A program made the translations under genes and the position numbers. Below the pieces are notes generated by a model, which was not told where the DNA came from, did not search any database, and worked only from the letters and a program-made list of their open reading frames with translations. From Zygnema circumcarinatum SAG 698-1b (taxonomy: Eukaryota > Plantae > Zygnematophyceae), in contig CM074813.1 in assembly GCA_037447605.1 (NCBI GenBank), forward strand, positions 2,356,001 through 2,420,000: a stretch of 64,000 bases of DNA, read 5' to 3'. Shown here in pieces: positions 1-11,600 of this stretch (its first letter is position 1; each line of letters opens with the position of its first letter).

Positions 1-105
1 CGGAGCAGCAATTTGCGGCCCTTTAGAAGAAAATACAGATGGCCGGCGGAGTGAAGAGCTCACTACTGCCGCCATGGGCAGGGCGAACGAGCCCGCCATG
101 GCCAT
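1..105 (-). CDS. Probable first coding exon (plastid/mitochondrial transit-peptide-like) of a gene running off the left edge
   Basis: Open frame from ATG 105 (gccATGgc context, like other genes here) to base 1: MAMAGSFALPMAAVVSSSLRRPSVFSSKGPQIAAP. It is Ser/Ala/Arg-rich with no acidic residues. No domain is visible. Confidence 0.5.
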   Translation of the reverse strand, partial: MAMAGSFALPMAAVVSSSLRRPSVFSSKGPQIAAP

Positions 106-3100
106 GGCTGCTACGCCTTCCCTGTACTCCAGCCTCTGCGTCCAGAGTCCAGGCGCAGCAGCAGGGAGCTTGCGTTAGGGCTAAGCTCAGGTGCTTAGCC
201 CTCCAATGATCCAAGTTTGACCAAAACTGAAAAGGCGTGCCTGCTGCCGTGCCCCAAGTCGAAAAGCTATTTCTCGACGCCGCATCGACCGGGTACAAAC
301 GGGGTAAAGGCGAAGCGGATCTTGCAGCGACGTTCAGGGCGATCCAGCAGCGGGGGCGGGCGGGCGCCGAACCTCTGCCGAGCCTCCAGGCCCGGGCAGG
401 AATTCAAACCAGTCGTTGACCGGTCAGCGCAGCGTGGCGCGCAACGGCCGGTCGGTTCCATGCGCAGTTTGTGCCGCGATCCACGCTGAGGGCGCCACGT
501 GTGGCGGTGGCGCCAGCCTGTCGCCAGCCCAAAGGGCGGCCGGACGGCGTCGGTGTCGGCGCCTGACAGCTGTCCGCCGACGGGCGGCAGGCCGTTCCGC
601 ACATGGAGCCGGCGTGTCAGACGGAACGGCGCGCGCATGGAACGTGCGCGGTCTCGGCCGTCACCCCTAACCTCCCCCATCGCGTAGGCCGGCGTAGGGC
701 CGCTCAGGCAGCGCCCGCTGGCGGAGGCCGCCCCGCGTAATGGAAGTGCGGGCCCAGGAATTATGAGGGGGGCGGGGGGCCGCAGCCCTGACTGCTAGGG
801 CGGGCTAGCTAGGGCTGGGGCTACGACTCCAACTTTGGACGGGGGCCGCCCATCAATGCAGGGCGCCCACCGTACATTACTCGTACGAATAACGTACGAA
901 TGCCAGCGAGGCGGGCCCTGGCATGTGGGTCCGGGGCGGGGCAGCGCAGGTTTGACGGGGTGCAGGCCTGACACGCCTGCGGCCGTACTGCCGCACGGTG
1001 CACTACTGTACGCGACGCGCGATTCGTACGCGGGCCCATTAAGCCGGGCGGGGCGCCAGGATCGCCGTACGCTGGACCCGACGGTCCCAGCCGCGCTACG
1101 TCCCTCGCCGCCGGTTCACGCACGCAAACGATTCCGGGCCGCACGGACGCTCCGCCGGGCACTTTTTGGAGCTGCCCGGGTCAGCACTAGCGAGCTACGA
1201 AAAGGTATGGTAAAATCTTTCCAGCCAATCAGACGATGGAAACGTCAAATATATAAGCATGATTTGGACACGCTGGCAATTAGGAGCAAACTATTGGCTG
1301 ATATTCGTAAAATTCAAGCTGTTTCAAGAATCTTTTTGACTTTTTCGGTTTTGAAACGAAGTTTTATCCTGCCCGAGCCGCGACTACCCCCTATTTTCCA
1401 ACCCCCCAAAAATCGTCCTTACGAGCGGCCGTTCGTCCAGCGCGCCCGTCCGTACGGCCCGTCCCAATCACGCGTCATCCTTAGCTGCGGTCCTTTCCTG
1501 GCGGCCGTATACTTCCCACATGCGGAAGACGCATCTACGCCCGCCACATGTCCGAATTTCGTCGTTTTGCGCCCTTTCAGGATCTACAGATCGTGATCAG
1601 ATCTTAATTGTACGGCCCCTCCAATCACAGGCTGGGAGATTCGCTGGAAGAATAATGCCGTCCAGCTCACGAGCGTACGAATTCGTACAGTTCGTACGTG
1701 GAGGGATCTCGCGTGCAGCGATATTGTCGGTAGAGTCGCTTCCTGGGCGGTGGGGCCCGCGCAACGGAACGGCCCAGCCCGCACATGGAACGCCTCCCGC
1801 GCCCGGCCCCGGCACCGGCCCTGGCCCTGGCTCTGCAGCGGCGGCCTCCCTCCCTCTCCCTTCGCTCGCCCTCTCCCACTCTCAGGCTCCCGCGCCCTCC
1901 CCCGCTCCCTCTCCCTCTCTCCTACCTCACCGCGGCCGCCCTCAGCAGACGTCCTCCGATACGTTCTCGCAGGTTTTAGGTTTCGATTTTTTTTTGAGGC
2001 AGCGTCTGCTTGTCTGTGTCCCACTCTTTCCGGCCGTGAGTTCAGCTGGAGAGGCTTTTGCAGCGGCGCGTATTGCAGGAGCTCCTACACAGGGCTGAGT
2101 TCAGAGGGGTGAGGGAGGAGAGCGTGGCGTCATGCTCTGAGATCAGAGACTGCAGCAGTTTCTCTGCTTGAGCTTCTCTCGGAGAGGGCCTCTTTCTCTG
2201 GTAGGCTTACTCGTCATTCCCTCTCCCTCCTGCATTCCCTACCTCCCACCAGTTATTTTGAAGGGCTTGCCATCTTCTTCCAAGTCTGCTACTCTCGGCA
2301 TTGCTCTCCCGGCAACGGGAGTCCAATGCCGCTCGAGCCACGTGACAAAGGGAGACGTAGGCCTTGTTCTTTTGCGTGCAACTGCGCTGTTAGGGTTTCC
2401 CTTTGAAGCTGCTTCTTTTAGAAGATTGCAGAGCTGCCCTGAGGAGCGCGCGACATTAGGTTTTTTCATTTTGCCGCCAAATTTTCTCCGGATGGCTGTG
2501 TTTTCTTGAACTGCATCGAGCAGGAACCCTAGTTTTCTTCACACTGATAGGGAATGTGTAGTAGCAAGCGGACTCTCGCATGCTTGGAAGGGGTCAGAGA
2601 CGAGATAGGATTTCAGTTTCACTTGGATGCGGCGCTGCTTGTGCCACTCCATTGGGATGGTGGGGTGGTAAGAGGTGCGGATAGGAAGTAGAGTTGGTGA
2701 GAGGCAGGGAGGAGGGAGGAGCGTTGAAATAATGAAAGTTGTGGATGGTGTAGATCTGAAGGCTTGCAAGAACTGTTCATGGGGAATAGGGCCTCTGCGC
2801 TGCAGAGTACCATCTTCGGGGATAAGCGGGGGCTAAGGGAGAGGGGCTTCTGTGGACCACTGAGAGGTGGTAGGGAGGCGTTGGAAGTCCGGGGAGGGAG
2901 GAGGGTAACAGAGAGGGAAGGTGGAGGGAGAGGAGTGGAAGGAGGGAGAGAGGGAACGAGCGGCAGGGAGAGGATAAGAGCGGAAAAAGGGAGGCGGGAA
3001 GGGAAGTGAAAATGGAACGGGAGGAAGAGAGATAAAACCAGCAGAGGGAGGGCAGAAAAGGAGAGAGGGTGGAGTGAGAGAGAACAAAAAGTGAGGATAA

Positions 3101-3976
3101 CGAGAGGGTGGGTGGTGGAAGCGCAGATAAGGTTGGAGGAAAAAGTGGTAGGGGGGTATATGCGAGAGAAAGAGGTCAAAAATGGGAAAAGGCAGGGAAA
3201 TTTGAGGGAGAGAAATGGAAAATGAAGTGAGAGCAGACATGTGGGATGGCAAACGAGGTGAAAGTTGGTGGAAGCGAGAGAATGACGGAAAATAACACGG
3301 GAGAGGCACGGTTGACTGGGAGCACGGGAGTAAACAGGAATATCGATAGCCCGTGGGATAGTACTAGGAAAGGAGCGGAAGAAGGAATGGTCGGAAGTAG
3401 TGGCTGCACCAGTTCTGAACTTTCTGTGGAAGTTCGTCAACTGACGTATCGATCGCTAGCGCCATTAGACCATCTAAATTCGGAAGTTTAAATGGCCTTA
3501 TTGGTCAAAGAAAGCCTTCCTCGCTGTAAACATAGGAACGTCTCTTATTTGTTTCAGACGACATGACATAAAAAATGTTTCCTGGGCTTGAGGACATTTG
3601 TATGACCATTCTCGGATGATTGTGCTAATGGTTTTCTTATTCTGATGCCAATGTTTGAATGCAGAATGTCTTGAACAGGCAAGGCTCTTACTCCACTCCA
3701 CACCAATCATTCAAGGACGAATATCAGCGGGCTGCCCTGCCCCAAAACGCAGTCTTGTATTTGGACAGGCGACGACAAATATCCGCTGACATGTGGCAAC
3801 CTAGCATTCACCGTTACAGAGTTACCCGGGTCCTGTTCTTCAAGTGATCTGCAGCCCAAGTTCAGAACTTGCAGTGTTGGAAAGCCCCTACTAGTCTTAT
3901 CCTCACGGAGCAACAAGTAGAATACTGTACATAACCGCAGCATCCTAGAAGCGGCTGAACCGCCCTAAAGTCTTTA

Positions 3977-5839
3977 ATGGGGGCCTGCGGGCCTTCAAGT
4001 GGGCTCCAAATGATGGGTAGTCATTTGGGAGAAGTGAACGGTAGCGACCTTTGGGGAGTAGTCGGAGACCTGCTCACATCTGCAGGTCTGCCGCAGACAG
4101 GGGGGGGAATGGCCAGCTCGACTGCGTGGGAGGTAGAGCAGGGCTCTCAGTTGGGAATCTCTCTCAATGGGAGTGAGATGGGGGGAGGAAACAGTGCTCT
4201 TTGGCAGGAGGCTCAGCTTTTGGCAGCCCTCGGACGCAGTAGGGGAATGGGAAATGGCAGCCACTCTCTGAGCAGCATGCTGAATGTCCCTGCTTCCTCA
4301 CATGGAAATTCTGCACAGGCACCTGCGGGGCTTCACTCGCGACATACTTCAGCGCACGATCTGCTGTTAGGGTCAGCGCAGCATCTTGCAGGGGGGCATG
4401 GGGGGGAAGGAGGGCTGAACAGGTCAAGTTTGGAGAGGTTCATGTCTTCCGACGACTTCATGGACTTGCAGGCTATGCGACACATGGGGCAGGGAGAGCT
4501 GTGGAGTCTTCTTGCAGAAGCAGCCCCACATTTGCAGCTGGGAGGGGGTGCACACCTGCAGCAGGAAGTGACTGCAGGGGGGCTCCCCCATGGTAGTAAT
4601 GGCACAGCTCAAACAGGCTCGGACAACCTCACATTCCCAGACTCCAATGCAGCAGCACGCCAAGCTATTGGCTGGGAAGCTATTCAAACAGCCGCGTCTA
4701 CCCAAGCTCTGGGAAGCCATTCACCCCCTGAAGAAAGCTCTACCTCTAGAGGACCTTCTCCTCTTGCAGGCAGCCGTTTGGGACTCTCTCAGCAACCCTC
4801 GGGGTCAACTCCTGGCAGCATTCTGCTGCGAAACATGGTCAATCTAAATGGTGCCCCCCCCAGTCTGACATCAGGAATTCCCCCCAAGAAGATGACTCTG
4901 GGGGGAACACCCTCTCTTCGCTCTCGCAGAGGGCTACCGGACCTTCCTGTTACTCCTAGAGACCGCCCTCCCCCAATCCCTGCAGCAGCCCTTATGAAGG
5001 GGCCCCGAACCCCAAGCCCTAAATCCTGCAAGCAGGAAACAGCAGATGCTGCTTGCGGTTTTCCCTCCCTCTTATGGGATGCTGCATTAGCGAACAAAAG
5101 TCCGAGGGGGGCGGAGGCACAGAAGAGCCCATGTACTTCAAGGTTGGGAGGAATTCCCCCTCGCAGCCCTACGGGAGGGCTTACAGGAGATATGGCCCGC
5201 CTAGGGATGGGCCCTCTCTCTCCCACAGCTTCGAGAGAGTCAAGTCAGGGACTGCCAACGGGAGCAGCAGGAAGCAACCATCGCTTGCAGAGAAATTCAG
5301 GGGCAGAAGGTGCAGGCCCTTCTGCAGAGGCAAGGGCTCTAAGTCCGGGTGGAGGGTTGCTTTCTCCCGGATCACTTAAAAGGGGGAGGGAGGGAGAAGA
5401 GGGAACAGCAATATGGAGTCCAGGAGGGGCTGGTGGAGGTGTAGGAGGTGCAGTGAATGGGGGGGGAGGGGGGGCAGGGGATCAGTCAGAAGTGGAGGAA
5501 TCTGAGCATGAAGATGAGCAGGATCAGCTTGCTGAGAGGGATGGAGACGAACGAGGAGGTGGAAACCGAGCGAAGCAGTCGACAAGACCGAGAAGTGTGG
5601 CAGAGAGAATAAGGCGCGAACGCATTAGTATTCGGCTGCAGCGACTGAAGGATGTAATGCCGAAAACAGACGCACGTATTGATACAGCAGCGATGTTGGA
5701 GGATGCTGTGACTTACATTAAGTCTCTACAATCTCGCTGCAAGTCTTTGGAACTTCAGAATGCAGCATTGGCTGTGCAAGTAGCCGAAGCAACCCTAGCG
5801 GCTGAGCTGAGGCAGCATCACCATGAAGGAGGGCGGTGA
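3977..5839 (+). CDS. bHLH transcription factor, single coding exon, 620 aa, resembling plant subfamily IX (FBH/bHLH80-81/122-130 type)
   Basis: C-terminal bHLH TRPRSVAERIRRERISIRLQRLKDVMPKTDARIDTAAMLEDAVTYIKSLQ resembles the subfamily IX pattern HPRSIAERVRRTRIS...TADMLEEAVEYVK. The long N-terminus is G/S/P-rich. Confidence 0.85.
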   Translation: MGACGPSSGLQMMGSHLGEVNGSDLWGVVGDLLTSAGLPQTGGGMASSTAWEVEQGSQLGISLNGSEMGGGNSALWQEAQLLAALGRSRGMGNGSHSLSSMLNVPASSHGNSAQAPAGLHSRHTSAHDLLLGSAQHLAGGHGGEGGLNRSSLERFMSSDDFMDLQAMRHMGQGELWSLLAEAAPHLQLGGGAHLQQEVTAGGLPHGSNGTAQTGSDNLTFPDSNAAARQAIGWEAIQTAASTQALGSHSPPEESSTSRGPSPLAGSRLGLSQQPSGSTPGSILLRNMVNLNGAPPSLTSGIPPKKMTLGGTPSLRSRRGLPDLPVTPRDRPPPIPAAALMKGPRTPSPKSCKQETADAACGFPSLLWDAALANKSPRGAEAQKSPCTSRLGGIPPRSPTGGLTGDMARLGMGPLSPTASRESSQGLPTGAAGSNHRLQRNSGAEGAGPSAEARALSPGGGLLSPGSLKRGREGEEGTAIWSPGGAGGGVGGAVNGGGGGAGDQSEVEESEHEDEQDQLAERDGDERGGGNRAKQSTRPRSVAERIRRERISIRLQRLKDVMPKTDARIDTAAMLEDAVTYIKSLQSRCKSLELQNAALAVQVAEATLAAELRQHHHEGGR

Positions 5840-7268
5840 GGAAAGAGAGACCGGCAACCCACTGCCTGCCATAGAACTGACAGTTTCAAGCAGGGGGGGG
5901 GACAAAACCATGAGTGTATTCTTGTGCATGCGTGCATGCAGCACCCCCTCTGCACCCCATGAATCTCCTGATTTTTGTCTCTGTGGAAGCACATGTATAT
6001 GAGGCCAGGGCGCACAGGGACACTGATTAGGGACAGAAGAAGAGTGGTGACAGGTGGCAGGGCGCGGTGTGCTTAGATGGCGCAAAGTAGCCATGAAACA
6101 AACTCGCGGCGCTGTAAGTTTCTACTATTTATAATGTCAAGTCTGTGCCTATTTAGGTCTGGTTTAAGCCTGTAAGAGCCCTCCTGAGGTTCCTTCAATA
6201 TATGGAAGAAAGGCAAGGGGAGCGAGGCTGGGCTGGAAGGAGCGGGAGTTACGATTTTAGGGTTTGGATTATTTTTGAAGGGCATACGAGGAGATGCGGA
6301 AGGGCGGTAGGACTGATTGGGCGATGCTGCGAATGGCAGTCAGAGGGAGCTTAAGTGCAGGTGGAGGAAAGGAAGCCAAGCCGCGAAGATTGATTATTTA
6401 GAGCCCTGAAATGGGGTAATTGGGTTTTAGCGACCCAAGGGGGGAGGGGGGAGAGGGCTGTAGACATGGCAGGCAGGGACATGAAAACTTGTGATTTGAT
6501 TCTTCTAGCTTCGAAGAAATTTCTTCTCGTGGCCCCCTCTCCTAAACATGGGGCATGCTCACCTGCGATCCATCCTCTGCATAAGTGGGCTTGTGGGGGT
6601 TGGTTGGTGCTCAATCGCTTGTGGGGGAGGGCCATGACTGACTGACTGACTGACTGACGCCCAGACGTCGTCACTAGCATAGTGGCATTCTTTGTTGGAA
6701 TTCCTCTTTCTTTTAAGAGCACTGAATTTCCACCATGAGGGAGCCATGAGGGGCCATGAGGGGCCATGCTCTTCTTGTATGGGTACATGTGAAGGGATGC
6801 CCCCTGCTGCTTCTTTCTGAAGCAGGGGGGCCCCTTCTGTGGAGAACTTCTTCCAGTTATTTGCCTTCCTTTAAGAGCACCTCGTTCTTCCTTGCCGCTC
6901 GCACAAGTTCACGTTTTTTCAAAAGACCAATAGCCATTCAGTATGCAATTTTCAAATCTTGTCAAATTTCAAACTTCAAAAAAAATTCAATTTTTTTTTT
7001 TTCCATGCAAATTCTTCTTAGCCATTCAATTTTAGAGCCGTTTCAATCTCGGTTTGACTTTACAACGGTGAGCCGGTGGCGGCGGTCGCCGGAGGAGCCG
7101 CCACGTGTCGGGACGAACCGGGTCCTCTGCTTCACACGCGCGGGACCCATACGCCGACCGTACGAATTTATCCGTATGAAACGGATTCGTACGGTACCGG
7201 TAAAGTACAGTACAATTTCGTACCAAATGCTGAAATCGGGCACCTAAAACTTTTTCACAAAAAAAGAA

Positions 7269-8362
7269 GGAATCTATTATTTAAGGGTAGTGATATTTCC
7301 ACCCCTTTTTTGGATCCAAACACCCCTTCCCGGCCGGGCAGATTTCAAAAGGTATTAAAAACGGAAAATGCTTTTTCCGTTTTTTTTTCACACCATTTTG
7401 GAATCGATACCCACCTTCTTCCGTCGGCTGATTTTATTTTTGCTAACCAAGGAAAATGATACCCCGTCACCGCATTTTGAATACTGTATCCCGCCTCCCT
7501 GAATTTTTTTTTTGAGGGAAAGACATATCTGCCTGCCCGAATCCGCTCGGAGCGAAAGATCCGTCTGCCACGAGATCGTTCGCGGGTGTCCGTCCTTCAC
7601 ACGTGTGTGTCAATCGCAACTGTCGATTCCCTCACAGATCGCACCACTGCAGATTACCGTTCGATCTGCAGCCGGGCTCGATCTTAGCGAATGGAAAGCG
7701 CCCACGAGTCCCGTCAAAGCCGGATCGCACTTGCGAGTGCGCGAGTCCATCGGCGAGATCTCGTCATTGTTAGCTCCAAGCCAATCAACAGCTGCCACGT
7801 GTTACATTTTTGACGTGGAAAATTTTGATTGGTCCAAGCTCTCAATGTACGAAATTTTGGGTTCCTCAAAGTTACTACCGTACGACATTTGTACGGACAA
7901 ACTGTCGAGGCGACTTTGGCGGGATACGTGGGCTCGTGCCATTCGCTGTGACCGAGCCCGGCTGCAGATCAAATAGTGATCTGTCGTGTTGGGATTTGCG
8001 AGGGAATCGACGGCTGTGATTGACCGCACGCGTGAAAAGAAATTCAGGTAGGCGGGATATTCAAAATGGGGTGACGGGTTATCATTTTCCTTGTTTCGCA
8101 AAAATAAAATCTGCCGATGGAGGGTGGGTATCGATTCCAAAAAGGTGTGAAAAAAGCATTTTCCGTTTTTAATCCTTTTTGAAATCTGCCCGGCCGGGAA
8201 GGGGTGTTTGGATCCAAAAAAGGGGTGGAAATATCACGACCCTTATTTAAACACAATTTTTGGCTAGAACACCCCTTTTTGGTTTAAAAACCCTAAAAAT
8301 CCTGAAATCTGACCGGCGAAAAAAGATGTGTATATAGCCAAAAAGGTGTGTAAATAGATCCC
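7269..8362. mobile_element. Older short MITE interrupted by family A copy 1
   Basis: Removing 7285-8250 joins GGAATCTATTATTTAAACACAATTTTTGGCTA to an end whose reverse complement is GGGATCTATTTACACACCTTTTTGGCTA. These ends resemble those of the 49757-50707 element. No TSD is seen. Confidence 0.45.
7285..8242. mobile_element. Non-autonomous long-TIR DNA transposon (family A copy 1), 958 bp, 8-bp TSD TTATTTAA
   Basis: Termini GGGTAGTGATATTTCCACCCC...GGGGTGGAAATATCACGACCC. Imperfect TIRs are ~220 bp, with an inner inverted repeat (~7625-7700/~7940-8020). TTATTTAA lies at 7277-7284 and 8243-8250. A second copy is at 48172-49113. Confidence 0.9.
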
Positions 8363-8687
8363 CAGTGAACGAATCGAAATTTGAATTTGAGCTGGACAGG
8401 GTTAACACTAGAACGAAGAAGTGCTAATCGCACGGCGAAGGCGTCAGTGAACGAATCACTGCAAACCAATCGAATCGCTCTCGATTGATTGTTTTTGGCT
8501 GACGCCTTCGTTGTGGCGTTAGTCTTTATTCGCTGTGGCGCTATGGAGGCTCTGGCGATTTTGCGATGTGTATTGATATGCACGATACATGAGATTATCG
8601 AACAATGTAATGTATCGGGAAATTGCGATATTTGAACCTGCAAGGGGCCAGGCGAGCTCTTGCCCTGCAAGGGACCAGGCATCAGCC

Positions 8688-11600
8688 ATGGCCATGGCTG
8701 CCGCAAGGAAGCTGTCAAGAATGGGCCTCCCAGAAACAATAGCCCACAGGATGTCTGCGCGCAACCTTCTTACTGCCAAGGTAGGTTTCCTCACGGCGGA
8801 ACGGATTGGGCGCAGCAAAGGGTGGGAACCCGTCCGACTCTGCAACTCATCCATCCTCTGCCGTTGTTACTGCGACAGCTGGCTTTTCCTTCGTAAAATT
8901 CGTAGGTGAAAAATATTTTCATTTAAATTTGGTATTCATGCATCACGCATGCATTACGACGAATGAGTTAAATCATATCATCTACTTCGATCCTGTTCGT
9001 TAATAATCTATAGCTGGAAGAGTTAATCGATGCGCCTCAGATATATGAATAGCTTCTAGAGCGCCAAAGAAATATTCAGATTTCACGGGAACGAAGTGAC
9101 TCCAACGGTTCGAATGTAAATTGAGGCTAATCCCTATCGGTCTGATGGTTACTTAACGAGAAGGTTACAAGAAGTGGCCAGAGTGTGGAAAAGGTACAGG
9201 TTGGCTTGACAGAGTCGTACACTTCCATTTTCCACTACAATCTCAATGCAGAAGGAAAGCAATGTGAATTGCCAAATGTATTCAACGATTATAGTACTAA
9301 GTGTGTCAGTTGGCAAAGGTCCAAGTAACACCATAAGGCCATCCATCCCTGTCAGGTTCCATTCAGCCATTGTTCGGGGAGACGATTAGCCAGGCCGTTT
9401 TGAATTGGGCGAAGCTCGTATTCTATGTTGTGGACAAGACAACATTTTTGTATTCAGCTTAATGCGACACGAATATTCACTAGCAAGTTATTGAAGCATG
9501 TGAAGGAACATGCTGGTTAGATCCTCCAAAATGCTTGATCCTCCACAATGAAGGTATCTCGAGCTATTAAGTCAAGAAAATTTGAATGGATGCAATTATC
9601 TATTGGTCCGAAAACCAATACATGTTTTTATCTATTTTATGTTACGTTCAAATCAAAGTGATATGTACTTGCGGAATGTAAGACAGTAAACATAGCTCCG
9701 TTGAAAAAGAAACGGTCGTTAAACTGCAATTCAATCCTTCTGACCATCAAGCGTGTTGTTATTTTCCCATACACGCTAGAAGGATTCATCCTACACAATG
9801 CAATTGGGATGAATACAGCTCAAACAATGGGACAAGGTAATTGAGATGAGCTTGTAGCTCAAACTCTCCTCTAAGTTCAAAAACAAACGTCAAATGAAGT
9901 GCCTTCCGCCTGACAAGAGGTGGCCAGAATTGAAGAATCCATGAAAGATAACGATTTGTACTAATCCTCCAAGAAGTCTATCTAGAGTGGTCTTTGGACC
10001 AGCCAGAGTGGTTGCTATCATTCAAACATAGGATGGCGCATGACAATAAGCTGGAAAGAATGGCTCTCGGCTAATCCATTTAGCGTGCCCTGCTTGACTG
10101 TCCCGAACGTGCAGATGGTGAGCAGGCTCTAGGCAAGGCATAGAATGTTAAAAGCTTAGCTATATACCCTAAGTCATTATGTCGTCCGTTTTAATACTCT
10201 GAGCACTTGGCATAATCTTATTCGGACTATCTTGAATGGAGCCTTTGCCTTGTATCCACCTTAACCAGGAGATGATGACTGTCTTTGGGCCACTTGCAGG
10301 ACGTATTAAGCAAGACGGAGCTTGATTTGTTGGAGCTGCTGGATGTGCCTGTTGACCTTGTCAGAGAAGCAGTCCTCATCATCAGTACATTTGTTTGCCC
10401 TCCTTGTCAGAATGTAAGTTGGCGTGTGCAGTCACAAAGCTTTCCTTAGACAATATGAAAAAACCAAGAAAGCGAGAAACTTAGAAGCTAGAAATTACTT
10501 ACTGGCTGAAAGCACTTTATTTGTGTCTGCAATGTACTCTCTGGCTAAGCGTTTTGTGCAGTTACCTGTCCATCCTTTATTATGACCGTTCTTGATCCCT
10601 AAACGATCTCGATGATCTACCTTTTCTGCCGAACAACTTCAATTGCTTTTCGTTTTCCGAAGTGGTTTTCAGTAATCTGCTAGGTCATAACTGGTTTAAG
10701 CACAACTTAGCCGTTCCTTTTATGCAAATCGACGATGCTTTCATTGACGATCCCAATAACAACCTGATTAGTCAAATTCAGAGTTTGATACCTCAATTCA
10801 AAACCTTGACATTATCTCCAAAAAGCAGTTGTACAAAGCTTCGTACGTTTTGGCTTTCAGAAAATGCAGTAGCTGGAATATCCTTCTCAGAACAGCACGT
10901 AACTGAACGTGTCCCTTTCTGCTTGTGCAGGTTCTGGACATGTTGAATGAAAGAACAGGGGAAGGGGAGAGGTTGAAACATCTAGCCACTCATCTGACTC
11001 CTTTGGATGAAGCTCTGTATGGAGGTCTTCCCCTCGGCGCAATAACAGAGCTTGTAGGGCCTGCAGGCCTTGGCAAGACCCAGGTATCCTGCTTAAGACA
11101 TTCTGTGAAAATTTTCCTGAGAAGTCTTTGCAAAAGCCTAGGCATTTCAGAGAGGCATGGAAGAGGGAGGTTCTTTATGCTTGAGTGAGTGAGATTTTTG
11201 ATGTCCTGTGTTTAAGTGGCTAATAACGACAGCGTACACCTAATTACTGTGTGAGTTTTCCCGTGTGACATGGTGGGATTAGCTCAGTTTTGCTTAATGG
11301 CCTCAGTGGTTGCCACGCTGGCGGAGAAATATGGTGGACTTGGGGGATCTGTCATGTACTATGACACCGAGAACAAGTTCAGCTCTCAAAGGTAGAGCGT
11401 CCCTGATGCATACAATTCTATAGAAAATGAAGAGATTGTGGAAAATTAGAGCACAATGACAGACATCTGGACTTAGCTTCATGTGAGAGGAATGTCGAAG
11501 CTATTTTGGTTTCCTTCTATAGTAGACTTGCATTATTTATGGTGGCATTTCCATATTCATTATGCAAACATGCAGAGGCTAGAGCTTTCTGTGCTGATTT

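Noticed and set aside
835-1596. 253-aa plus-strand ORF
   Set aside because: It has a non-ATG start, lies in GC-rich promoter-like DNA with few stops, and has no recognisable motif.
2619-3440. 273-aa minus-strand ORF and overlapping ORFs
   Set aside because: Low-complexity L/S/P/F output of a GA/CT-rich tract, with no domain.
6120-6140. TATAAATA on the minus strand that could drive an antisense transcript into the bHLH gene
   Set aside because: It is a single short AT-rich motif that also fits a 3' UTR element, and the downstream ORF has no recognisable content.
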